Shown in pieces: positions 1 to 10,848 of a stretch of DNA of 64,000 bases. A program made the translations under genes and the position numbers. Below the pieces are notes generated by a model. It searched no databases. It was not told where the DNA came from and saw only the letters and a program-made list of their open reading frames with translations. Every line of letters starts with the position of its first letter. Position 1 is the first letter of the stretch. Source of the DNA: Heteronotia binoei. Lineage: Eukaryota. Location of the stretch: positions 868,001 through 932,000 of the forward strand of contig NC_083232.1 of the NCBI RefSeq assembly GCF_032191835.1, read 5' to 3'.

Positions 1-737
1 AACCAGTTCCTCTGGAGGGCCAATAACAGGACAGAGAGGCCAAGGCCTTCCCCTGAGAAGAACCTCAGAAGAAGAAGAAGAAGAAGAAGAAGAAGATATT
101 GGATTTATATCCCGCCCTCCACTCCGAAGAGTCTCAGAGCGGCTCACAATCTCCTTTTCCTTCCTTCCCCCACAACAGACACCCTGTGAGGTGGGTGGGG
201 CTGGAGAGGGCTCTCACAGCAGCTGCCCTTTCAAGGACAACCACTGCCAGAGCTATGGCTGACCCAAGGCCATGCTAGCAGGTGCAAATGGAGGAGTGGG
301 GAATCAAACCCGGTTCTCCCAGATTAGAGTCCGCACACTTAACCACTACACCAAACTGGCTCTCCCTGTTGGGCAGACCAGGGAAGGTCCAGCCTTCTGT
401 CTCACACAGTGGCCAGCCAGTTCCTCTGGAGGGCCAACAACAGGACAGAGAGGCCGAGACCTTCCCCTGAGAAGAACCTCAGAAGAGCCCTGTTGGGTCA
501 GACCAGGGATGGTCCATCTAGTCCAGCCTCCTGTCTCACACAAGGGCCAGCTAGTTCCTCTGGAGGGCCAACAACAGGGCAGAGAGGCCGAGGCCTTCCC
601 CTGAGAAGAACATCAGAAGAGCCCTGCTGGATGAGACCAGTGAGGGTCCATCTAGTCCAGCCTCCTGTCTCACATAGTGGCCAGCCACTTCCTCTGGAGT
701 ACCAACAACAGGGCAGAGAGGCCGAGGCCTTCCCCTG
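1..737 (-). repeat. Tandem ~133-bp repeat derived from a CR1 3' end, interrupted by a SINE
   Basis: Units such as ccagttcctctggagggccaacaacaggacagagaggccgagaccttcccctgagaagaacctcagaagagccctg are the reverse complement of the array units at 52977-54570. About three units lie at 363-737, and a partial unit lies at 1-68. Confidence 0.8.
68..362 (-). mobile_element. tRNA-derived SINE with L2-like tail (Squam3-like)
   Basis: The minus strand begins agagccagtttggtgtagtggttaag (A box) and ggtttgattcc (B box). It ends gagactcttcggagtggagggcgggatataaatccaatatc(ttc)n. More than 10 copies occur in the window. Confidence 0.85.
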
Positions 738-1277
738 ATGAGATCCACAGAGTCATTGCCTCTGAATGTGCTTATGAAGGGTCAACCCCACCCCCACCCC
801 CAATGACAGAGCACTAGTGGCAAAAATCATGAGAATGCAAAACTGCCACTTGTGCCCTTAGAATGTTGAATCTTGCAGGGTGGGAGGGGGAGGGCCAGGG
901 AAGGACAGCTAGGAATGGGTGCCCTGAAGGGAAGAAGGCCTGATGTTCCGCCCATGCGTTGGTCAGGAGGTTGCGTTGAGCCAGCTTAGCCTTTGGGGTC
1001 TCAGGAAGCATCTTCTTGCACTTCCTGATTTGGGGGCTGATTCTGCACAGAAGAATGAAAGTCCTCATGCAAAAAAACATTCAGGTTCATGAACGGGCAA
1101 CAAACGTCCTTTCCCTTTGCAACCTTTCCTCTGCAGCCAGTCAGAGCAAACAGCGGAATGCTTCCTCTTCTGTCCCACATTGGAGGATGTGCCCAGGAAG
1201 GGAGCTATGGGGAAGTGGAACATCTTTGGGCGTCCAATTATGCTTATGAAACAAGGAAGTGCATCTAGAGGAGAGAA

Positions 1278-1540
1278 GAACAAAGCAGGAGTCAAGTTTC
1301 ACCTTTAAGACCAACCCATTTTTATTTAGAACGTAAGTTTTCTTGTGCTCTTAAGCCCACTTCATCAGACGAGGAAACCGGCACAGGGAGCAAAGCCCTA
1401 CATAGCTGAGCAGAGCCGTACAGAGCTGGTAGGCAGTGGCCCAGAATGCAATATGGTACAGATTTAAGAACCAATGACAGTGAAGTAAAATTATCTGGTA
1501 GGCAGGGGTTGAGAAGGTAAGATGGTACAATGGCAGAATA
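1278..1540 (-). mobile_element. Penelope-like element 3' terminal segment with degenerate hammerhead motif
   Basis: The minus strand reads cgt-CTGATGA-agtgggcttaagagcacaa-GAAA-acttacg, then the ttggtcttaaaggtg...gactcctgctttgttc end shared by all PLE tails here. Confidence 0.75.
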
Positions 1541-1763
1541 CTATATCTCATTACATATACTTTACCCATTTTCACTATATTTTATTGTATTCCTTTTTCT
1601 TATGGCAAACTAGAATGATGCTTACATGTTAAAAAGTAGATTGGACAAGAACATCACTATCCAATGTATTTCTCTTTTAGCTGCATTGACGCACTCAAAA
1701 AGGGACTTTGGTTGCTTATCCCATTACATATATTGAACCCATCTCCCATTGTCATTGACAGAC

Positions 1764-2206
1764 TGTTGTGTCCTAGGTTCAAATGGAGAACTGTTACTTT
1801 TGGAGGGAACTGTTACTTTTGGAGGGAAGCTGAACAAGCCAAGCTTGTACTCCACACCAGGGTTCCAGAGAAGGCCTAAGCGTGCCCAGTCAGGGGAAGG
1901 ATTGAAACATAAGTAGCCAATCAACATCTAGGCTCATACTGTACCCTGATAGGCCCTTAGGCCTCTGTAAATAGCCAATCCATGTACATAGTTAAGGTCC
2001 AATCAGAAGGGGGCAAGAATTGTATAAAGGAGCGGGAGGTTTGAATAGAGCTCAGTCTGTGTTGGTGTTCCTGAAGTAAAGCTTGCTGAAATCACTCTCC
2101 GCCTCTGGTCTCTTACTGCGTCGACCCCAGTACTTTACACTGGCGACGAGGAAGGGATGCCAGTAAGAACCAGTAACAGTTCTCCATTTGAACCTAGGAC
2201 ACAACA
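1764..2206 (+). mobile_element. LTR-retrotransposon (Gypsy-like) LTR + PBS fragment bounded by perfect 35-bp inverted termini
   Basis: TGT...ACA termini. TSD cagac at 1759-1763 and 2207-2211. 1764-1798 is the exact reverse complement of 2172-2206. Inside are three CCAAT boxes, tataaa near 2023, ...tttaca at 2139, and PBS-like tggcgacgagg at 2141-2151. Confidence 0.75.
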
Positions 2207-2298
2207 CAGACAATCTCACATTTTGACATACTACTGTTTTGTTGCTTCTCATGCTCCTGCTACTCAGATCAAAGGTTTGCTCAATTTGTTAATCTTAC

Positions 2299-2561
2299 TA
2301 TTCTGCCATTGTACCATCTTACCTTCTCAACCCCTGCCTACCAGATCATTTCACTTCACTGTCGTTGGTTCTGAAATCTGTACCATGTTGCATTCTGGGC
2401 CACTGCCTACCAGCTCTGTACAGCTCTGCTCAGCTCTGTAGGGCTTTGCTCCCTGTGCCGGATTCCTCGTCTGAGGAAGTGTGCTTAACAGCACATGAAA
2501 GCTGACGTTCTCAATAAAAATGGGTTGGTCTTAAAGGTGCCACTGGACTCCTGCTTTGTTC
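2299..2561 (+). mobile_element. Penelope-like element 3' terminal segment (inverted partner of 1278-1540)
   Basis: Closely similar reverse complement of 1278-1540. Hammerhead-like cgt-CTGAGGA-a-gtgtgct-taac-agcacat-GAAA-gctg-acg at 2468-2507. Confidence 0.75.
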
Positions 2562-2829
2562 AACAGCTTCAGACCAACATGGCTGCCTGCTTGGATCTAT
2601 CTAGAAGAGAAAAGGTCAGGGAGGCTGCACTCTCTGGAGTTCCAGCGTTAGAGGCCTGGGTAGTTGGAGAACAATCAGGGTCTGGTTACCTGCCAGGCGA
2701 GGTGACAGATCCAGCCCGCAGATCTGGAAATTCTCTGCAAGCTGCCGTTAAATTAATTGCTGCTGGATGTGCAGTGAGAAGGTAGTTTGTATAAATGTGC
2801 ACACAAACCATGTGATGGGGAAGAAGAGG

Positions 2830-3125
2830 AGGTTTTATTTTTATTTTTTTATCCTTGAATTCCTACTCTCTCTTTTTAAAACAGATCTTATTTTATTGAA
2901 TCTAATCCAATACAAAGAGAGCCTAGGGAAAGTAAATAATAAAAATATAAATCTAACATACAAGAATCCAATTTAGATTACTGGATTCATATAACAAACA
3001 ATTTACAAAAACAATACATAATATGCTAGGTATTAAGAATTAAGAAATACCCTACAATTCATTCTATTAGGCAAAAAGGAAATATTCCCAAAGAATTCCA
3101 AAATTGGAGCCCAAAGCAAATCATA
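2830..3125 (-). mobile_element. Possible L1/Tx1 3' end
   Basis: The minus strand gives YDLLWAPILEFF, reminiscent of L1-clade ORF2 C-termini, followed by an AT-rich tail. Weak evidence. Confidence 0.3.
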
Positions 3126-3349
3126 ATATACAGTCAAATTATTTTATTATTATTTATTTAATTTATATCCCACCATCCTCGCCAAAGGCAGGCTCAGGGC
3201 CACGCAATCAGATTAGTGTGACCAAATCAGTATCATTTTTGAAGAAAGGGTTATCCATTGTCTTTCCCATTCCATACTGGTCCCATAGCTTATCATACCA
3301 CGTTTCAATCGTGGGGGTATGTGATGGGGAAGAAGAGTAGGCTTTGTAC

Positions 3350-3620
3350 CCTGCAGTACTGCAGTCCTAAACTCTGCTCACGACCTGAGTTCAATCCCCA
3401 GCAGAAGCTGGGTTTTCAGGTAGCTGGCTCAGGTTGACTCAGCTTTCCATCCTTCAGAAGTCAGTAAAATGAGTCCCCAGCTTGCTGGGGGGAAAGTGTA
3501 GATGACTGGGGAAGGCAATGGCAAACCACCCCGTAAAAAGTCTGCCATGAAAACATTGTGATGCAACGTCACCCCAGAGTCGGAAACGACTGGTGCTTGC
3601 ACAGGGGACCTTTCTTTCCT
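3350..3620 (+). mobile_element. Sauria SINE (Squam1)
   Basis: Diagnostic ggttgactcagc...ggggaaggcaatggcaaaccac...gcttgcacaggggaccttt (BovB-related tail). Confidence 0.85.
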
Positions 3621-5734
3621 CTACCTTAAGGAGCCTCAACATAGCTTGCCCTTCCCCACAACAGGCCCCTTGTGAGGTTGGTGGGGTTGAAAGAGTTCAG
3701 AGAGAACTGTGACTGCCCCACGGTGGAGGAGGAGTGGGGGCTCAAACCCACTTCTCCAGATTAGAGTCTCCCACTCTGAACCATGACCCCACACGGGCTC
3801 TCAAGGGGGTGAGGAGAGCCTTGGGATCCTTGCACGATTTGTGAGCAGACGTTCAGCCTGTTTCCATAAGAACAGCCTGGCCTTTCCCCATAGGGCGAAC
3901 TTTCTGATCCTGTTGGGGAGGGGCCGAGGCTCAGGGACAGAAGGCTTGTGATGCAGAAAGCTCCACGTTGACCTCCGGGTTTCTCCAGGACCAAGAGTCC
4001 GAGCGCAGGGGCTCAGAGCCGATGTGCTGGTGGGCCAATCTGGGGTTTGGAAGCCAAGCTTGGTCACCTGATTGGAAGGAGGGGCTGCAGCTGAGGGGTC
4101 TGAACTCATTCTGGGCATGCAAAAGGAAGGAGAGAACGGCTGCAAGATGGACAAATGGCCATCTTGGACAACAGGAGAGCTTCGAGGCAAACCTTGCCAG
4201 CAGGCCCCCAGCCACACAGCCGCCACACAGAGTCCCAAAGCCTGGATTTCTTGATATTATCTCAAGAAATATCAATCAAAAATTTAGTTATGTGTGGCCC
4301 AATTCAGAAATCTGATAAGTAGTTTAAAACAAAAACTAGGGATGGTTCTTAAGAACTCTTTCTCTGCCTAGTTTGGGGTTTCTGGGTTACATTTAACCAT
4401 TCATGTCATGCTTTGCATGGGCTTTTTGCTCTGGATTTGGGCGGCCTCCTAATAGCCCGAAATGAGGGCATATAGATTTGGCTTTCCCAGGTATAGCCAG
4501 ATCTGGCACAAAGAGTCATACCTGCTAGAATGGGTCTATCAATAAAAACCTTTTTCTGAATCTCAGCAAGAGGCCTGATTATTGAGGACAACTCAGGAGC
4601 TGATGAAACAGAGATGCCAGCACCAGGGGTTCTGCTAGAGTTGAACTTCTAGCCAGCATCAACTGGTAACAAGAAGTAAAAGAAACTGCTTCAAAACTAA
4701 CCCTGTGTGTGGTGGAAAGTATAGAGGTTCATTTCTTAAACATTCCCTGTGCTTATTCTACTTTTGCATGTTGTTAAACTAACAGAGAGAAAATTCTTCC
4801 AATTACTTCTTTGCTGGTTTCTATCCCAGCCCAGCTTTGCAAGGAATCTGCTTTGGCAAGGTTGATTTAATTTGGTTTCAATGCTTTGTCTAAGCATCAC
4901 TTTGGCAACATAATTGTCTATTGTTATTCATGTGTTTGGCACCCAAAGGGTTAGTTTCGTAGGGGTTTCTCTTTTGCTGTTGCAGAAGAGTTCAGTGGTG
5001 TTCTTGTGAGACAGAAAAACAGACAGAAAAGAAACTCATCCAGGTTAATTCCTTCTGTGTTTTTAATGTATGAGTGTGTGTATTATATATACAATATATA
5101 TTTCCTATCTGCTGCTGCCTGTCAGCACAGACTTCATATGTTTATTAAGAGCTTTTTCCTGATCCTTTGTGTTCTATTGGGGGGAAACATTTGAGGGGGT
5201 TTCCCAGAGATATTTATAAAGTGAGAATAAATACATATATTTTCCATGCATAAAATCCATGATCAGCTCCTAGAAATGGTCTTTTCTGGCTGGGGGTCAA
5301 GTGCATGCACCAGATCTGAAGCATTCTGACCACCACCACCCCCACCCCACCCCCCCACCCCACACACATATGACTCCCTACAGGTGGAAGGAACTCCGGT
5401 ATTTTGCTTCCTTTGTTCGCTGTGCTGCTGCGTTCCCTTGCTTGGTGGCCGGCAGGCTGTGGGCCTTTGGAAGGACTTCCATTTTTATTATGGCCCACAA
5501 GCCAATCAAAAGGAACAAAACAAATATAAAATTAACTACTACATAAAACCTCCCTCTGTATCACTTGTGTTAAAATCCTGACAAGATTAGAGTTAAAAGA
5601 TTAGAATCTGAGTAAATTATGCCCTGGACATTATCTCAACTTAACAGCAGAACATATAAACAGTAGTTCTTTGGTCAACCCTGCCAATAAGATTGTTAGA
5701 GCTTCCTTCTTGGAGAACATTTTCTTATGTAAAG

Positions 5735-6010
5735 ATGAAGATATTGGATTTATACCCCACCCTCCACCCCGAATTTCAGAGTCGCAGAGTGGCTCACAAT
5801 CTCCTTTACCTCCCCCCCCACACAACAGACACCCTGTGAGGTGGGTGGGGCTGAGAGAGCTCTCAGGACAGCTGCCCTTTCAAGGACAACCTCTGCCAGA
5901 GCTATGGCTGACCCAAGACCATTCCAGCAGGTGCAAGTGGAGGAGTGGAGAATCAAACCTAGTTCTCCCAGATGAGTCCATACACTTAACCACTACACCA
6001 AAGTGGCCTT
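5735..6010 (-). mobile_element. Squam3-like SINE
   Basis: Same sequence family as 68-362. Confidence 0.85.
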
Positions 6011-6289
6011 ACTCTTATTGGACAAGAGTAAATCCAAGCGGGTCTCTACACACAATCTGCAGCGCCCCAATGCTCCCATCGGGTTAGAAAAGAGCCAGAG
6101 AGTGCAGGAGCGCCTGAAAGACTACCGCAATTTATGGTAGGCCAGGAGCTGCCAAGAACCCCTGCTCCTTCTGCAGATGCCCTGCGCTTGCTGCTCCCAC
6201 TTGCGTTAGTCTTGGAGGCGCCCTTGGATCCCGACTCTTCCCCACTGCTGCAGCCCGCCGAACGCAGCGACTAAGGCTCTCTCCATCAC

Positions 6290-7150
6290 ACCTAGGCTTG
6301 GAAGGGGCGTTTTGGTCCCTTCCTGCGGTCAGGAGCGCAGGAGGCGAATCTCTGGGGTCTTCCCGAAGGGCGAGCTACCTGCCTGGCACAAAGGTGTCGC
6401 GCCGTCGGTCGTAGAGCATCCCCAGGTGCAGCGGGCGGCCCAGGGCCGGCAGCTCGTTGTCCTGCGTGGCCTGGAAGGGCATGGCGGCCGCGCCGTCCAA
6501 CGAACCCGGGAGCAGAGCCGGCGGCGGGGAGGGGGGTCCGGCGAGGGGATCGAGGCCACCAGCCGTCTGCCGTCTGCGCTGAGCGGGGGGCTCTCCCCGG
6601 GCGACCGAAAGGCCAGCAAGTCCCGTCGGCTCGGCTCTGCTCTCGTCTGGCGCGGCCCGCCGGGAGGCAAGCAGGGAGGCGGCCCGGGGGAGGGGGTGGG
6701 CGGGCAGCCGCCCCTTCCTTCCTTTCTTCCTTCCTTGCTCCTACCGCGCCCGTCGGAAGCGAGCCCCGGTTTCGGGAAAGGCCGCCCTTCCCAGACGGGG
6801 CGGGACTGGGCGCTGAGCTGGCAGCGGCGCCTCCCCTCCTCTCCCCTCCTCTCCTCCGAGGAGGACAGCGGCTCCTAACCGCCCCCCCCCCCGCAAGGAA
6901 GGCTGCAGTGGCCTTGCCCCCAGGGACCCGCCCGCGGAAGAGGAGCACCCAGCTCCCCCCCTGCTGTTCAGAGGAACTTGCGCCCCCCCCCAAGCCCTCT
7001 TCTTTTAGAGGGGAGGAGGTCGTTGCCCCCCCCCCCCCCAATACCGTCACGTCCAGCGACAACGGCCTGCAGGCCGCGGACAGTCCGAAGGAAGGAGGGA
7101 GGGAGGGTCTTTCGCCTTCTTGCAGGGACTCAGGGCGGGGGTGGGGGGTG
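6290..7150. promoter_or_regulatory. CpG island / promoter of the stonustoxin-like gene
   Basis: Very high GC and CpG density relative to the flanks. It contains a minus-strand ATG in a GCCGCCATG Kozak context at 6482. Confidence 0.75.
6383..6482 (-). CDS. First coding exon of a stonustoxin/verrucotoxin-like (MACPF/perforin-like) gene
   Basis: Manual translation from the ATG at 6482 gives MPFQATQDNELPALGRPLHLGMLYDRRRDTFVP(G). This matches the family N-terminal motif ALGRPFxLGMLYDxRxxxLIPG. It is followed by donor candidates AG|GCAGGT (exon end 6383) or AG|GTAGCT (exon end 6379). Confidence 0.75.
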
Positions 7151-7458
7151 GGGGAGGCTGCTGACTTCCACTTCCAGAAAGCTTCTGAGAAAGCTCCTCC
7201 TCCAAGTCAACTCAGCAGTCCTAGAAAGACCCCCCTTGTCAAGGATGCTCTCCCCTGAGCCTGCTTGGAGCACGGGGCTGGACTAGATGGCCTCTGGGGA
7301 CCCTGCTGCTGACTCCGTGTGATCCTGGGGTTCTATAAGAGGACCAGTCCTGGGGGGGGGGGGGGTTAAAAACGGCTTAATTAACAGGAAACAGAGAGCC
7401 AGTCTACATGGGCTCAGCACCAGGTGTACTAGCACTGCATGAAAGGTGGTAACCAGTG

Positions 7459-7903
7459 TGCCAAGCACCGATATTTCTCAATAACCAAGTCCTTTGTTTT
7501 AAATCAAAAGAAGGTTTATTGTTAGAAACTCAGGAGCTTTGCGAAGGACACAAGCCGTGGGAGTAATGGCCTGCAAACAGATACAGTTACTATATAGGAT
7601 GTCAGCAAGGTTACATTACAGATGCAGGGGTTCAAAGGTTACTAAGCAACTATCTGTTTTATTACTAAGTTTTATTACTAAGCTTTTGGAAAGATCAATT
7701 CTTCTCACACTTCTCTGTGAAGAGATAAAGCTTGCCTGGGTGAAATGGGGGAGAGGCAACTTGAAAGTACTAACGGCCTCTCTGCTATAAACATCCCAGG
7801 GCCAGATGTTTTCTCTCTGTGCCCTCCAGTGGAGGAGTTGGACAGGGCCGATGACTTGCTCTTTACATATTACATGATGGTACAGAAATGAGAATGCTTG
7901 ACA
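7459..7903 (-). mobile_element. Solo LTR (ERV/Gypsy-like)
   Basis: TG...CA ends with short inverted termini tgccaagca/tgcttgaca. 5-bp TSD cagtg/cagcg. TATA-like and AATAAA signals on the minus strand. It splits a CR1 RT SGVPQG motif. Confidence 0.75.
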
Positions 7904-8440
7904 CAGCGGGGTGTTGCAGGGCTCAGTGTACTAAGCCCAGTGCATTTTGACTTGTTCATTCATGATTTGGAGTTGGGAGTAAGCATCAAAGTGGCCAAGT
8001 TTGCAGATGACACTAAATTGTTCAGGGTGGTGAGAACCAGAGAGGATTGTGAGGCACTCCAAAGGGATCTGTTGAGGCTGGGTGAGTGGGCGTCAACGTG
8101 GCAGATGCGGTTCAACATGGCCAAGTGCAAAGTATAGCTAGGATTGGGGCCAAAAATCCTAGCTATAAATACAAGTTGATGGGGTGTGAACTGGCTGAGA
8201 CTGACCAAGACAAAGATCTTGGGGTCGTGGTAGAGAACTCACTGAAAATGTCAAGACAGTGTGCGATTGCAATAAAAAAGGCCAACGCCATGCTGGGAAT
8301 TATTAGGAAGGGAATTGAAAACAAATCAGCCAGTGTCATGATGCCCCTGTATAAACCGATGGTGCGGCCGCATTTGGAATACTGTGTACAATTCTGGTCA
8401 CCGCACCTCAAAAAAGATAGCGTTGGGAAAGGTGCAGAAA
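7904..8440 (+). mobile_element. CR1 LINE ORF2 RT fragment (degenerate)
   Basis: ORFs contain KFADDTKL, WQMRFN..KCKV, KKANAMLG and [14 protein letters not shown]. Confidence 0.9.
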
Positions 8441-9309
8441 GTCTTGCTCCTGTGTATAGATGGAGGAGGGGGAATCAGGCAGCTTGCCCACCTCACACAC
8501 ACGCACGCACCAGATAAAACAAGAGTAAGGGAGCGAGTCATGTGTGGTGAAGTGGTTAGAATGTCAGGCTAGGATGCGGGTGATCCAGGTTCGAATCCCC
8601 TCTCTGCCCAGGGACTTGACGGGGCCAGGCCCTTTCTTGGGCTGACCTGCCTCGTGGGACTGTGGTTGTTGTGAGGCTAAAAGGGAGGACTGGAGCTCAG
8701 CCTTGGAAGCCACTTTGGGCCCTGCAGGGGGAGAAAAGAAGGAAGTCAACCCGGCAGGAAGCCACACTGGCCAGGAGTAGCAGCCAGCCAAGCACTGTGG
8801 AAACAGCAAAAGTGAAAGGGAGCAGCTGCTCGGCTGTTCTGGGAATGCGCACCGTCTATGGGGGACGAGGCACACACCCCAGCAGCACTGCTGACAAAGA
8901 GGAAGAGAGTTTTGAAATCGGACATTTTGCATCACCACAAAGAAATCTCCTGCTTCTTATAATGTGACTGGCTTCCCTGCACTTCGTTACCTAAGAGGTC
9001 TGGAGAATGTGTGGACATTTCTTTTCCCCTAAATAGTATCAAATCTCATAAAGGGAGGCTGGATGGCTTAGAGTTGCCTGCTTCTGCCCTGGGCACGGGG
9101 TTGGCCTAGATGACCTCCAAGATCTCTTCCAGTTGATATGACACCTCCCAGATGGGAAAATCTGGCAGACAGAAAGCCTAAGCAGGCCAAGAAGTACAGT
9201 GCCAGTCCTCAGGTGGGGGCAGGGGATCCCCCGGTTTGGAGGCCCTCCCCCTGCTTCGGGGTCATCAGAAACCGGGATGGAGGAGGGAAATGTCTCCTGG
9301 GCACTCCAT

Positions 9310-9830
9310 TTGCTACCTTTCAGTCCTCAGGAACGGAGGCAGATTTCAATGAAAGAATATGTATTTTTGTCAGGAGATCCACAAGTTCAACTCTGAGTTC
9401 TTTCAGAACTCTTGGATGTATGCCATCCGGACCCAGTACCGAGCCCTGCGGCACCCCACTGCTTACCGTCCTCCACTGCAAAGACTGCCCATTTATACTC
9501 ACTCTCTGCTTCCTGTTTGTCACCATCTTAGTGGACAACTCTGATCCATTACCTGGTAGAAAAGTAACAGCTAACCCTTCATCTCTTTGAGATGAGACCT
9601 CCCAAACCAGAGACATTTCATTTCCTGTCGGCTTTCCCTCAAGATTTAGTTTAAAAATTGCTCTGCCACCTTTTTGATTTTAAGTACCAGCAGCTTAGTT
9701 CCATCTGGGGACAAGTGGAGACCGTCTCTTTTGTACAGCTCCCACTTGTTCCAGAAAGCATCCTAGTGCCTAACAAACTTAAACCCTTCTTCCCTACACC
9801 ATTGGGAGCACAAGGAATCTGGGTTCCTGG
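9310..9830 (-). mobile_element. Rearranged CR1 fragment (ORF1 esterase end + permuted RT pieces)
   Basis: The minus strand gives LYKRDGLHLSPDG (SGNH esterase-type ORF1 end), then QRVSING..SGVPQGSVLGP fused to DGIHPRVLKEL..VPED. Confidence 0.8.
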
Positions 9831-10848
9831 TCCTTACAGAGCCCCCAGGCTAAGAGCCACAGGCGAGGAGCCCTTTGACTCTCGCCCTTCGGCTCGCACC
9901 AAATGCTCGCGCCTCTGAACAATGTGGCTGAGTCAGCAATTCCCAGAAAGGCAGCAGGAAATTGCTTTCATGGTAACTCTGAACCAGGGATGGGAACAAA
10001 CAAAAAACATGGTTCGGTTCAGTTTGTAGTTCATGGCATGGCCGGTTCATGAACCGTGAGCCATCAGGAAGTTTTAGGGGCCAGCTGAATTGCCGAAGAA
10101 CACCCTCCCCACCTCCTGAGCATGCTAGAAACACCAAACTCGCAGCAGATCTCTGGCTGACTCTCTACCTGTTCCCAGGTTTGTTGAAGATTGGATTTAC
10201 GGGGTCCAAATTAGTGCACCCCCAAGAAGGAGCCCCAACCTCCATTATTTCCAAAGGGCTAAGGTCAAACCTGAGAATCTCTCATTAGAACCTGAAGGTA
10301 GGGGGCAGATCCTGTGCAATGTGCCCAGCAGAACCAGTGCCACTGTGGCAGTGCAAAAGCAGAGACTGAAGGGGGGCATTTTTGAAAGCCCAGCAGAACC
10401 AGTGCGATCCACTAGTGCCCAGCAAAGGGAATGTGCTAAGAGGAACAGGATTGCCCATTGGAGACTGTGGGAGAGTCTTGAAGGCCCATTAGACGTAAGA
10501 GGAGCCAGGAATGCCAGATGGACTTCCATGGGCTCCACTGAAATACATTAAAGTGCAAAATACTTGCAATGCAAATGCAGAGTGAATTTTCAATTCATGT
10601 TGCTGGACCCAGATAAACGGCTCCAGGACTGGAATAACAGGCCCCAGAATGGAAATATGGCCCCCAGAAACAGAATCAGTGTTCTGGGACTGGAATGACA
10701 GCCTCACAACTGGAATGACAGGATGGCATGGAGGAGCAGGAAGGACAGGTTCCAGGGTAGAATGCCAGCTCTGTTAAGGATATGTTGATTAGAGCCAAAT
10801 TAAATCAGGCTGCATGTCCAGTTCCCAAGGTGGTCGGGCACTTCAAAT

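Noticed and set aside
4406-4521. AG|GMTLC.. as exon 2 of the toxin-like gene
   Set aside because: The phase fits and GMTL resembles the expected continuation. However, the following residues do not resemble the family, a stop follows within ~40 codons, and the region looks like a plus-strand LTR remnant (TATA-like ~4470, AATAAA ~4541).
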